A stretch of 64,000 nt of DNA from Longimicrobiales bacterium (GTDB lineage: Bacteria; Gemmatimonadota; Gemmatimonadetes; Longimicrobiales; Gaopeijiaceae). The translations under genes were made by a program, and so were the position numbers. This document shows positions 1-8,871 of this stretch, one piece after another. The notes below the pieces were generated by a model. The model ran no database searches. It was not told the origin of the DNA and saw only the letters and a program-made list of their open reading frames with translations. Every line of letters starts with the position of its first letter. Positions within the stretch are counted from its first letter, which is position 1. The stretch covers positions 1,280,001 through 1,344,000 of the forward strand of contig CBDBCF010000001.1 of the NCBI GenBank assembly GCA_965202985.1. The letters run 5' to 3'.

Positions 1-59
1 TTCAAGTACCAGGCGGTCGCCAAGCCGACGACGCCTCCGCCCACGACGCCTACGCGCAT
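1..59 (-). CDS. FAD-dependent oxidoreductase, D-amino acid dehydrogenase-like (5' end only, runs off window)
   Basis: ATG at 59 reads MRVGVVGGGVVGLATAWYL, a Rossmann GxGxxG dinucleotide-binding start typical of the DAO/DadA family; lies downstream of a D-aminoacylase. Confidence 0.7.
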   Translation of the reverse strand, partial: MRVGVVGGGVVGLATAWYL

Positions 60-81
60 CGTCGGTCCACGCAGCGCACGG

Positions 82-148
82 ACGGCCTCGGCCTCTCGAC
101 GGCCTCGGTGCCCCAACGGCCTCAGCGCGCCGCGACGGCCTCAGCGCG
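82..148. repeat. Short dispersed direct repeat ACGGCCTC x4
   Basis: Copies at 82, 99, 116 and 135; the last two extend to ACGGCCTCAGCGCG and duplicate the stop-codon region of the upstream gene. Confidence 0.7.
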
Positions 149-2075
149 TTGGAAGATAGCCGGGTCCGCGCACGATCCGTCCGGGCTTCGCTCCCGTGTG
201 CTCGCCGTTGCGCAACACGTGCACGCCGTTCACGAAGACCTGCTCGACGCCCACCGACAGCTGGTGCGGCTCTTGGTAGGTGGCCCGGTCGCCCACGACC
301 GCCGGATCGAAGACGACCACATCGGCATACATGCCCCGCCGCAACAGGCCTCGATCCGATATCGACAACCTTGTCGCTACCGCCGAACTCATCTTGCGCA
401 CGGCGTCTTCCACGGGGATCACGCCTTCGTCGCGCACGTACCTGCCCAGGATGCGCGGATACGTGCCGTAGGAACGCGGATGAACCATGCCGCTCGACCG
501 TTCCGGATCGTAGCCCGAGGCGTCGGTGCCGATCTTGATCCAGGGCTGCTGCAACTGAAGGCGCACGTTGTCTTCCGACATCATGAAGATCACCATTCCG
601 GCCGCGCTCCGCGTCATCAGAACCAACTCGATCGCCGCGTCCACCCAGTCCACGCCCATGTCGCTGGCCACCTCCGACAGGCGCATCCCCGCGTACTTGG
701 CGGCGCCCGTGGGCTCGCCGTCGCGACGCGTCGCAGCCACCGACGTGATCAGGACGCCCTCCGCCGTGGCCAGTGCGCCGAAGTTCTCCCAGTCGCCTTC
801 GTCGCCCATCACCTCGTCGTGGATGCGCTGCCGCATTGCCGGGTCTTCCAGGTTGCGCAGAAGCCTGCCCCCTTCGGACGCCCAGGGCGGCAACAGCGCG
901 GCCAGCCCCGTGCCGCCGGCCGTGTAGGGGTACATGTTGGCCTGCACGTCCATCCCCGCGGCCCGCGCCGAATCGATCTTGGCGATCGCATGCGCCGCCT
1001 TGTGGTGGTTGCGGATGCCGGCCGCCTTGAGGTGGTAGATCTCGACGGGCACGCCGCCGCGCACGCCGATCTCGATGGCTTCGTCCATGGCCTCCAACAG
1101 GCGATCCGCCTCGGAGCGCAAGTGCGTGATGTACACGCCGCCGTAGGGCGCGGTCGCCGCCACGACTTCGACGAGCTCGTCCGTGGACGCAAAGGCGGCG
1201 GGCGGATATACCAGGGCGCTGCCCACGCCGAAGGCGCCGTCCTCCATGGCCCAGCGCGCCACCGCTCGCATGGTGTCCAACTCGGCCTCCGTGGCCGGTC
1301 CTGCGGCTTCGCCCTTTGCATAGATGCGAATCGTGGTCGCGCCCACGAACGAACCGAAGTTGGACGACGCGCCGTTGTCCTTCATGGCCCGCAACCAAGC
1401 GTCGAAGCCGCGACGACCGGAGAAGTCGGGCCGGTCGCGGTTTTCCTCGCTGTTGCGGTCGATCCCCAGCGCGCGGTCCGTTTTCTCGTTGGACGGCGCG
1501 TTGGTGGAGCTCTCGCCCATGATCTCGGTGGTGATGCCTTGCGTGATCTTCCCCACTAAGCGCCCGTCGCCGTTCAGAAGCGGCGCCCGCGCGTGCGACA
1601 GAATGTCGATGAACCCGGGCGACACGATCTTGCCCGCGGCGTCGATCCGCGCGCCCGCCTGCACGTCCGCCAGCCCCCCGGCCGGGACGACCGCCGCAAT
1701 CCTGTCGCCCTCGATGCCCAGGTCGCCGTAGAACCAAGCGGCCCCCGTACCGTCCACGATCCGCCCGTTCTCGATGATCACATCCATGGCTGAACGGGAC
1801 GCTTGGGCCGCCGCGTCCGCGCCGCCCAGTCCGCCCGCGCCGTCCGCTGTCGCGACAACGCCGGCCTCCGAAGCACCCGTCGCAACGCCTGCCGCGTGGT
1901 CCGCGTCGCGCACTTCGTCCTCTCTGCCGGCTCCCAGGTCGCCGCATCCGCACAGGACCAGCGCCAGTGCGGCCGCAGCTGTCCTGCTTGCCACTGCCGC
2001 CGACTTGCCCGCTGCCGCCGACCGGCCCGCCCTCGTCGCCCTGCTCGTCGCCGTCGTGCCGCCCGCCGCTGTCAC
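141..2075 (-). CDS. N-acyl-D-amino-acid deacylase (amidohydrolase_3), probable lipoprotein
   Basis: IIENGRIVDGTG, PGFID, YITHLRSE, HPRSYGTYPRILG, GMYADVVVFDP; LALVLCGC lipobox; GTG start overlaps the upstream TGA (alternative ATG at 2084). Confidence 0.88.
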   Translation of the reverse strand: MTAAGGTTATSRATRAGRSAAAGKSAAVASRTAAAALALVLCGCGDLGAGREDEVRDADHAAGVATGASEAGVVATADGAGGLGGADAAAQASRSAMDVIIENGRIVDGTGAAWFYGDLGIEGDRIAAVVPAGGLADVQAGARIDAAGKIVSPGFIDILSHARAPLLNGDGRLVGKITQGITTEIMGESSTNAPSNEKTDRALGIDRNSEENRDRPDFSGRRGFDAWLRAMKDNGASSNFGSFVGATTIRIYAKGEAAGPATEAELDTMRAVARWAMEDGAFGVGSALVYPPAAFASTDELVEVVAATAPYGGVYITHLRSEADRLLEAMDEAIEIGVRGGVPVEIYHLKAAGIRNHHKAAHAIAKIDSARAAGMDVQANMYPYTAGGTGLAALLPPWASEGGRLLRNLEDPAMRQRIHDEVMGDEGDWENFGALATAEGVLITSVAATRRDGEPTGAAKYAGMRLSEVASDMGVDWVDAAIELVLMTRSAAGMVIFMMSEDNVRLQLQQPWIKIGTDASGYDPERSSGMVHPRSYGTYPRILGRYVRDEGVIPVEDAVRKMSSAVATRLSISDRGLLRRGMYADVVVFDPAVVGDRATYQEPHQLSVGVEQVFVNGVHVLRNGEHTGAKPGRIVRGPGYLPTR

Positions 2076-3307
2076 CCTGCCCATATCTCCCCCAGTACGC
2101 GTTGGAAGTTGCCCCCCAAGATGCCTTGAATGTGATTGTCGGAGTACCCGCGCCGGATCAACGCCTCCGTCAAGTCGAACATGCGCTTGGGATGGTCCAC
2201 GCCCTCGATGTCGATCTTGTCGCGAAAGGCGTAGGAGTCCTTGTAGTTCGCCTTGAGCGCCTCGTATTCGTCCTTGGGCATGTCGTCGTAGCCGTGCAGG
2301 TCCACGTCGCTGCCCACGCCCAGGTGCTCGACGCCCACCAAGTCTCGCACGTGGTCGAAGTGATCGATGTAGTCCTCGATCGTGGTGGGCTCCCTGTCCT
2401 TGACGAACATGCGCACGCCCGTGATTCCCATCACGCCGCCCGTGGCCGCCACGGCCCGAATGGCTTCGTCGGTCTTGGTGCGCGGGTGGCCCCCCGACAA
2501 GACGCGACTGTTCGAGTGCGTGAGCAACACCGGCTGAGACGAGAGCTCGCAGGCGTCCAGCGTGGTCCGATCGCCGCAGTGGGACACGTCCACGGCCATG
2601 CCGACATCGTTCATCCGCGCCACGATCGCCGCGCCGAAGTCCGAGATGCCGCCGTCGATCCGCTCCGTGGCCCCGTTGCCGATCAAGTTGCGCGAGTTGT
2701 ACGTCAGCTGCGACACGCGCTGGCCCAGGCCGTGAAAGAGGTCCACGTCGTCGGGCGTTTGGAAGTGCGACGAGGTCTGCGTGCCGATCAGGATGCCCGC
2801 GCGCCCCGAGCCGTGAACGGCCGCCAAGTCCTCCGCCGAGTCGATGCGCACGAACAGCTCCGGCCGCTCCGCAACCAGCGCGTTGTACCCCGCCACGAAG
2901 ACGAGCGTGTTGCGGTAGTGCTCGGCGAAGTCGCGCCCGCCGACCCCGACCGCGATGTGAAACACGTCGATCTCCGAGTCGCGGAAGTCCTGTTCCTCGG
3001 CGGCGGTCATGCCCATCAGGCCCGGACCCCACCTCTGCCGCACGGACGGGGAAATGACCAGCGGCGACAGCATGTCGATCACCAGCGATCCCTGCACCAG
3101 GTCGATGCAGCGCGCCGAGTACTCCTGCGTGCTCCATCCGAACAGCCGGTACCGGCCCCGGTTCAGGAACGGAGCGCCCAAGGCGGCGGCCGGCGTTGCG
3201 ATCGCCACGGCCAGCGAGCCGGCGGCGACTTTGAGGACAGCCCGGCGGGACGGTGCGGAGCGTTCGTGAGCCATGCGGCGAGAGGGCCCGGAGCGTTCGC
3301 GAGTCAT
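2072..3307 (-). CDS. Membrane dipeptidase (peptidase M19), Tat-exported
   Basis: SRRAVLK twin-arginine signal; QLTYN, VDVSHC, THSN, GVEHLGVGSD, ILGGNF motifs; ATGA overlap with the upstream gene. Confidence 0.88.
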   Translation of the reverse strand: MTRERSGPSRRMAHERSAPSRRAVLKVAAGSLAVAIATPAAALGAPFLNRGRYRLFGWSTQEYSARCIDLVQGSLVIDMLSPLVISPSVRQRWGPGLMGMTAAEEQDFRDSEIDVFHIAVGVGGRDFAEHYRNTLVFVAGYNALVAERPELFVRIDSAEDLAAVHGSGRAGILIGTQTSSHFQTPDDVDLFHGLGQRVSQLTYNSRNLIGNGATERIDGGISDFGAAIVARMNDVGMAVDVSHCGDRTTLDACELSSQPVLLTHSNSRVLSGGHPRTKTDEAIRAVAATGGVMGITGVRMFVKDREPTTIEDYIDHFDHVRDLVGVEHLGVGSDVDLHGYDDMPKDEYEALKANYKDSYAFRDKIDIEGVDHPKRMFDLTEALIRRGYSDNHIQGILGGNFQRVLGEIWAG

Positions 3308-5511
3308 GTTCTGGGCGCCTCCTCCGCGTCATACTTGGCGAACCAGCCCAGGATGTACATGATCTTCTGCATGAAGTGGCTGGGGCGAACGCGGATGCCG
3401 TGGGGCTCGCCCGGCACCTTGACCAGCGTCGCTTCGACGCCGCGCAGCTTGAGGGCTTGGTAGTACTGGTCGGACTCCGACATCGGCGTGCGATAGTCCT
3501 CTACGCCGGTCATGACCATCGTGGGCGTGGTCACGGCGCCCACCAGCGAGATCGGCGAGCGCGACATGTAGTGGTCCGGGTCCTCCCACGGCATCGCCCG
3601 AAACCAGTACTTGGCGACCGTGATGGGAATGTCCGACGACACCGCGAAGCTGTACCAGTTGATCACCGGGTACAGAACGGCAGCAGCCTTGTAGCGATCG
3701 GTCTTGCCGATCGTCCACGAAGACAGGACGCCGCCCCCGCTGCCGCCGGTGATGAACAGCCGGTCGGGGTCCACGTAGCCCTGCGCCAGCACCGCGTCCA
3801 CGCCCGAGTCCAGGTCGTAGTAGTCGTTCTCGGGGTAGACGTGATGGATCAAGTTGCCGAACTCTTCGCCGTAGGACGTGCTGCCGCGCGGATTCGTGTA
3901 CAGCACGACGTAGCCTTCCGACGCCATCGCTTGCTTCTCCACGTCGAACCGGTCGCCGTAGTTGGCGAAGGGACCGCCGTGAATCTCGAGGATCAGCGGA
4001 TATCGGCGCGACGGATCGAAGTCCGGCGGCTTGATGATCCAGCCTTGAATCTCGCGGCCGTCGTGCGACGAGGGCCAACGAATCTCCTCCACCGCGCCCA
4101 GAGTCTTGTGCGCCAGCACGTCTTCGTTGACGGCCGTCAGCAGGCGGGGCTGTCCCGGGCCCGCGCCGTTGTTCGCGTCGCCGCCTACGGCCAGCTCGCT
4201 CAAGACCGACGGCGTGGAGTACGTGTACGCGAACACGCCGCCAGGCCCGACCGAAAAGCTGCCGCCTCCATACGCCGAGCCGGTGCCGCCCATGTTGTGC
4301 GCCACGACGTGCACGGCGTCGCCGCCGCGCCCCGGTTCCACGTAGGCCACCTTGGTGTTGCCGTGGTCCGCATAGCTGAAGTACAGGCGCCCCGAGTCCG
4401 GCGACCATGCCAGTCCCCCGACGCTCCGATCCAGCTGCGCGGCCACGGCGCGCGCCCCGGACCCGTCGCGGTTCGCCACCCACAGGCCGGTCACCTGATA
4501 GCCTTGGTAGCGGTCGTCGAAGCCCGCGTAGGCGATCCAGCGCCCGTCGGGAGAGGCGGCGACGCCTCCGTCCGGCCCCTTTCGGCTGGTGAGCGCCCGG
4601 ATGCCGCCGTCCAGCGACACCTCGTAGACCTCGGTGTTGCGGTTCTCCAGCTCCCAGTCCGGGTGGCGGTTCGCACTGATCAACACCGACCGGCCGTCCG
4701 CCGACCACGCCGGCCGTCCGCTACCCGCGCGCCCCACGTAGCCGCCGTGGTGGAAGTCCCCGCTCGTGATCTGGCGCGGCGTTCCGCCCGTCGAGGGCGC
4801 CACGAACAAGTGCGTGTACCCGTGCTCCAAGTCGCCGGTGCCGTCGAAGCGATGCACAAGTCGGTCGATCACTCGGGCGGGCTCGGCCCACTGGGCGCCC
4901 TCGGGCGGGCTGGGCATCGAGATCAGCTGCGGCCCGGCGGACGGGACGAACGCGGCGAAGACGATCTGCGATCCGTCGGGCGACCACGCCGGCACGCGGG
5001 GACCGTGGGTCGAGTTGGTGATGCGGGTCGTCTGGCCGCTGTCGGTCCAGCGCACGTGAAGCTGCGGCGGCCCGTCGGATGCGCCCGCGTCCGACAGGTA
5101 GAGCAGCCGTTCGCCGTCGGGGGACCAGCGAGGCCAGCTGTCGCGCCGCTTGCCCGTGGTCAGAGGCCGAGGCTCCCCGCCGGTTGCGCGAACCAGCCAC
5201 AGGTTGGAGTAGCGCCGGTCCGTGTTCACGTCCGACCACCCGCGGACGAACACGATCTGCGATCCGTCGGGCGAGAGCTGCGGGTCGCTGACGTACTCCA
5301 GGTCGAAGACGTCGTGCGCGGTGAGGAGGTCGCGGGCGGGCGGGGCGTCGGTGGCGGCCTGCGGGGCTTGCCGGGCGGTCGCGGATGGAGTCGCGGACAG
5401 GCCGGAGATCGGGCCGAGCGCGGCGACGGGGGCCAAGGCGGCGAACGCCGCGGCGAGTGCGATTGCAAGCACGGCGGCTCGCGGGGATCGGGCGGGTGTC
5501 CTGGTCTTCAT
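3304..5511 (-). CDS. S9 family (prolyl oligopeptidase/acylaminoacyl) peptidase with PD40/TolB-like propeller
   Basis: Signal peptide, repeated WSPDG motifs, IHGGP, GGSGGG nucleophile elbow, EDYRTP and GEPHGI; ATGA overlap at 5508-5511. Confidence 0.92.
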   Translation of the reverse strand: MKTRTPARSPRAAVLAIALAAAFAALAPVAALGPISGLSATPSATARQAPQAATDAPPARDLLTAHDVFDLEYVSDPQLSPDGSQIVFVRGWSDVNTDRRYSNLWLVRATGGEPRPLTTGKRRDSWPRWSPDGERLLYLSDAGASDGPPQLHVRWTDSGQTTRITNSTHGPRVPAWSPDGSQIVFAAFVPSAGPQLISMPSPPEGAQWAEPARVIDRLVHRFDGTGDLEHGYTHLFVAPSTGGTPRQITSGDFHHGGYVGRAGSGRPAWSADGRSVLISANRHPDWELENRNTEVYEVSLDGGIRALTSRKGPDGGVAASPDGRWIAYAGFDDRYQGYQVTGLWVANRDGSGARAVAAQLDRSVGGLAWSPDSGRLYFSYADHGNTKVAYVEPGRGGDAVHVVAHNMGGTGSAYGGGSFSVGPGGVFAYTYSTPSVLSELAVGGDANNGAGPGQPRLLTAVNEDVLAHKTLGAVEEIRWPSSHDGREIQGWIIKPPDFDPSRRYPLILEIHGGPFANYGDRFDVEKQAMASEGYVVLYTNPRGSTSYGEEFGNLIHHVYPENDYYDLDSGVDAVLAQGYVDPDRLFITGGSGGGVLSSWTIGKTDRYKAAAVLYPVINWYSFAVSSDIPITVAKYWFRAMPWEDPDHYMSRSPISLVGAVTTPTMVMTGVEDYRTPMSESDQYYQALKLRGVEATLVKVPGEPHGIRVRPSHFMQKIMYILGWFAKYDAEEAPRT

Positions 5512-6326
5512 CTCGACGATTGCTCCTGCATGGGGGACGATGCGCATTGGACGGCTGTTGGACTGGGGGCAACAATGTACTTCGACTGCTCGGCGCCGGG
5601 AACGAAGCCGACGACCTCGTGGCCGCTGGACAGAAGGCGCACAAACGCTCGGCGCGTAGATGCACGCCAGCCCCGGGCCTCTTCGACCGAACCGCGTTCG
5701 ACGGCCTCGATGTCGGCTGGAATCGGTACTTCGACCGCATCCGGCGGCGGCGGCGTAGGGACGGGCGCGTGGCCGGCTTCCTCTCGCAGCGTCCATTCGA
5801 CCACGAATCGGTCGGTGCCCAGCTGGTGCAGTTCGCTGTTCGACGCCCCGTACATGTCGGGAACGTACTCGGCGACCCGAGCGCCCAGCCGGTTCAGGTT
5901 CAAGTGAGCGTTGCGCGAGACCAGCGGGTCGAACGTCCAGTACATGGTCTCGACGCCCAGCGCCAAGAGCATCTCCTTCTGCCGCATCTTGAGCCGCCGC
6001 CCGACGCCCAAGTTTCGCGCCTCGGGCCGCACCGCCAGCATGTGCGACCAGTGCGCCGGCCTCCCGTGCCGAAACCCCGAAATGCCGTACACCAGGCCCA
6101 CCAACCCGCCCTCCCCGTTGAAGGCGCCCACCGCGACGCCCCCCATCTTCGCCGTAATCTGCAACATGCTCGCCGGCACCACCTCCGAGAACGCCTCTCC
6201 CCAGGTCCTGCGCTGGAGCTCGACGCATGCGTCCATGTCGGCCCGGCTCTCGACGGGCCGAATCGTGATCTCGGGGGCGGGCGTTGCGCCGCGAGTGGGC
6301 CGGATCGTTGAGCTGGACTCGGTCAT
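5508..6326 (-). CDS. GNAT family N-acyltransferase (COG3375-like)
   Basis: HWSHMLAVRPEARNLGVGRRLK, WTFDPLVSRNAHLNLNRLGA and GTDRFVVEW motifs; ATG at 6326. Confidence 0.85.
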   Translation of the reverse strand: MTESSSTIRPTRGATPAPEITIRPVESRADMDACVELQRRTWGEAFSEVVPASMLQITAKMGGVAVGAFNGEGGLVGLVYGISGFRHGRPAHWSHMLAVRPEARNLGVGRRLKMRQKEMLLALGVETMYWTFDPLVSRNAHLNLNRLGARVAEYVPDMYGASNSELHQLGTDRFVVEWTLREEAGHAPVPTPPPPDAVEVPIPADIEAVERGSVEEARGWRASTRRAFVRLLSSGHEVVGFVPGAEQSKYIVAPSPTAVQCASSPMQEQSSR

Positions 6327-6333
6327 GAAGTCG

Positions 6334-6362
6334 ATCCTACGGCGCGGGACGCTGCTCGGCAA
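6334..6362 (-). promoter_or_regulatory. Putative sigma-70 promoter of the GNAT operon (leaderless)
   Basis: TTGCCG-N17-TAGGAT with the ATG 7 nt after the -10; the TAG of the -10 is also the stop of the upstream ATPase-TPR gene. Confidence 0.5.
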
Positions 6363-8871
6363 GTCGGGCCTGCTGCGGTGCTGTGAGATCTGCCGCCAAG
6401 CGCTCGATTTCCTGCAAGATGTCGTCTGCCACCTCCATTACCTCCACTGGGGCACGCACCGACTGTCCGGCACGTCTCCGTAACGCGACTATCAAAGGCC
6501 GCAGCGCCTGCGATTTGTCTCGGTCGGTATCCAACTCGTCCGCGAGAACACCCGGCGAAACGCCGGCAGCGACGAGGCCAACTGCCAACCTATGCAGGTC
6601 TGACAGCGCCGGCTCCTGATCAGATTCGAGCATCGCGTACAGCGCCCTGAACCCTTCGCGTCCGTGGTCGTCCATTCTGGCGTCGTAGTAGGTGAGCGTT
6701 CTTCCCCAGCTGGCTTGCCACCGCCAAGTCAATCCGTTGTCGTCCACGATGTCGCCGAATCGATTATCCAGGTCGCGATAGGACTCAAGAGCGTCATCCA
6801 TTCGCCCAAGTCTGCGCTGGGCCGAGCCTTTCACAAAGAGCGCGTATGCAACGCGCTTTCGCACATCGTCTTTGTCGTTGTCTTCAACATACGCTGCTGC
6901 TTCGTCGCATGTCGCTATGGCCTCTTTCGCGAGACCGCGCGTCATCTGAAGCGCCCCGATTTTGCTGTAGGCCGTTGCTACGTGTGGGCGTACCAGCGGA
7001 TCAACGGAACCGCGGAATCGGTCGACCAGTCCTCGCCAAGTCTTGAGGCTCGACTTCCATCTATCGTGATTCATGGCTTGCAATGTGCCTTTGTGAAGCA
7101 TCGCTTCCGCTACATGCTTGGCCAGAAAAGGCCGTTCGTCGCAACCATAGCGTCTGACTATGTCCTCAAACGACTCACGCGCTTCGACGCGACATCGGCC
7201 TAGTCGCACATGCAGGCCTGCTCGGTTGATAATCGCCGCCAGGACGACATCGAGCATTTCTGGATCACATTCGTACGTGGCAACAACCTCATCGTATATA
7301 GCGATTGCTTCCTTAGTATTGTTCAGTTTTTGCATGGCCGGTCCTTTGTTGAACAAAGCGATTGCTACCGCATCTCGTGCCTCTGGAGCAGCTTCCTTAG
7401 CGAAGGAATCGATGATGTCCTGATATACTTTCATCGCGGTCTTGTACCTGCCTAGATGATGGAGCGCCACTCCCTTCCTCAGCATTAGACGGGCCTTCTG
7501 GGGAAGTCCGATATTCCCATCATGTATTCCCCGGTCACAGGCGGCAACAGCGGCTTTGGGCGCAGATTTCAGAATGGCAGGATCACCTAGCACTGCACGG
7601 ATCATGCCTTCGCGAATCATTGGGTCGTGCCCGATTTCGGCGACCAACTTGGCAATCATGTCGGAGCGATGCGCCGTGCTGTAAAAGATTGCCATGAACC
7701 GGATCAACATCTGTACCACGGCAGCCTTGTCGCGCTTGCGGCGGATCTTGTAGTACAAGCAGTAGAGACGCTCCGCGGCCGCATACCGTCTCTTCCTGTT
7801 TCCACCTGTTGCCACTAGCGCCCCTCGTTCCACAAGGCGTCCGAGCATCGAAGACGCAAGCCGGACGTCCATGCGCGCCCGAGCTGCGATCTCCGACGTG
7901 CTGGAGGGTTGCCAAAGACTGATTGCGGCAACGTAGACGCGGCGCTCCGTCTTCGGAAGCCCTTCAAGGTGGTTGCGAAAGTACTCGGTGTGGTCGTCTA
8001 CAAGAGCCACCAGGCGTTCCATCAACCAACGAACGGACTGGTGTCGTCCAAGCTCCGCGACGATCGTCAACAGTCGGGGGCTCCCGCCGGTCAGAATCTC
8101 TAGGGGTCGCATGTCGCGACGTTCAACCGGCTCGCCGGAAACGACCTCCCACAGGCGCTTGCAGGCGTCGGTATCAAGCGGGTCCAAGCCAATCGTCATG
8201 AAGAGTTCGAAGAACGGTTCTCTTGCGTCGTCCAGCGCCTTGAAGCGACTCGTGGCCGTCGCCAGCAGCATGACGGCGGGCTCCATTTGGAGAGACTCGC
8301 GGAGTTGCCAGCCAAAGTCCGCGTCAACGTCGTCGCAAAGGTCCTGAAGGTTCTCGACCATGAGGACGAGCTGCTTGCCGAGCTGGTCCGCCGCCGTCAA
8401 CACGGTGGCCCGAACTCGGTCGGCATAATCTCGGTCTCGCCAAGCGCTCGACAGATCCGCATGCGCGGCTTCCAGTTCGTTGGCGAGATCGGGCGCGGTA
8501 GAGGCACACTCCTTGGCGAGGTAGAACAAAGTTTCGAGCCAGAAGTCGCCTATGCACGAGACTTCGTGACTTTCCTCCATGAAGCGAACGGGCATTAGGC
8601 GTTCCGAGTAGGCGGCGTGGGCACGCAGTTCCGCAGCCACTCTGGCCAGGAGCATGGTTTTCCCCCGGCCGCGCGGTGCTACTACAAGGAGATGCTGGCA
8701 AGCAGGCGCCCCGATGTTTTCGCGCAACACCTCCAACACAGCCTGCAGTTCGTGTTGTCGCACGACGAACTGACGGACCAGGTCGTCGTCAGACTGAAAC
8801 ACGCCCGGATTGAACTTCCGGACCACGGAGTCGGACGATGATTCCAGTTTAGAAGCCAATTCTCTGCTCAT
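6337..8871 (-). CDS. STAND-like P-loop ATPase + winged helix + TPR repeats
   Basis: Walker A APRGRGKT, Walker B-like LVLMVEN, GGSPR (GxP), HTH SEIAARARMDVRLASSMLGRLVERG, then repeats such as ALFNKG...EAIAIYDEVV; visibly lower GC than flanks. Confidence 0.8.
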   Translation of the reverse strand: MSRELASKLESSSDSVVRKFNPGVFQSDDDLVRQFVVRQHELQAVLEVLRENIGAPACQHLLVVAPRGRGKTMLLARVAAELRAHAAYSERLMPVRFMEESHEVSCIGDFWLETLFYLAKECASTAPDLANELEAAHADLSSAWRDRDYADRVRATVLTAADQLGKQLVLMVENLQDLCDDVDADFGWQLRESLQMEPAVMLLATATSRFKALDDAREPFFELFMTIGLDPLDTDACKRLWEVVSGEPVERRDMRPLEILTGGSPRLLTIVAELGRHQSVRWLMERLVALVDDHTEYFRNHLEGLPKTERRVYVAAISLWQPSSTSEIAARARMDVRLASSMLGRLVERGALVATGGNRKRRYAAAERLYCLYYKIRRKRDKAAVVQMLIRFMAIFYSTAHRSDMIAKLVAEIGHDPMIREGMIRAVLGDPAILKSAPKAAVAACDRGIHDGNIGLPQKARLMLRKGVALHHLGRYKTAMKVYQDIIDSFAKEAAPEARDAVAIALFNKGPAMQKLNNTKEAIAIYDEVVATYECDPEMLDVVLAAIINRAGLHVRLGRCRVEARESFEDIVRRYGCDERPFLAKHVAEAMLHKGTLQAMNHDRWKSSLKTWRGLVDRFRGSVDPLVRPHVATAYSKIGALQMTRGLAKEAIATCDEAAAYVEDNDKDDVRKRVAYALFVKGSAQRRLGRMDDALESYRDLDNRFGDIVDDNGLTWRWQASWGRTLTYYDARMDDHGREGFRALYAMLESDQEPALSDLHRLAVGLVAAGVSPGVLADELDTDRDKSQALRPLIVALRRRAGQSVRAPVEVMEVADDILQEIERLAADLTAPQQARLAEQRPAP

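Noticed and set aside
141..3332. 1063-aa ORF as a fusion protein (likewise 3304-6228, 33542-36676, 35287-38184, 46361-50986, 53896-57177, 59595-62663)
   Set aside because: The N-terminal extensions are Arg/Gly/Pro-rich off-frame readings of the upstream real gene, expected at high GC; real starts are at or near stop-start overlaps
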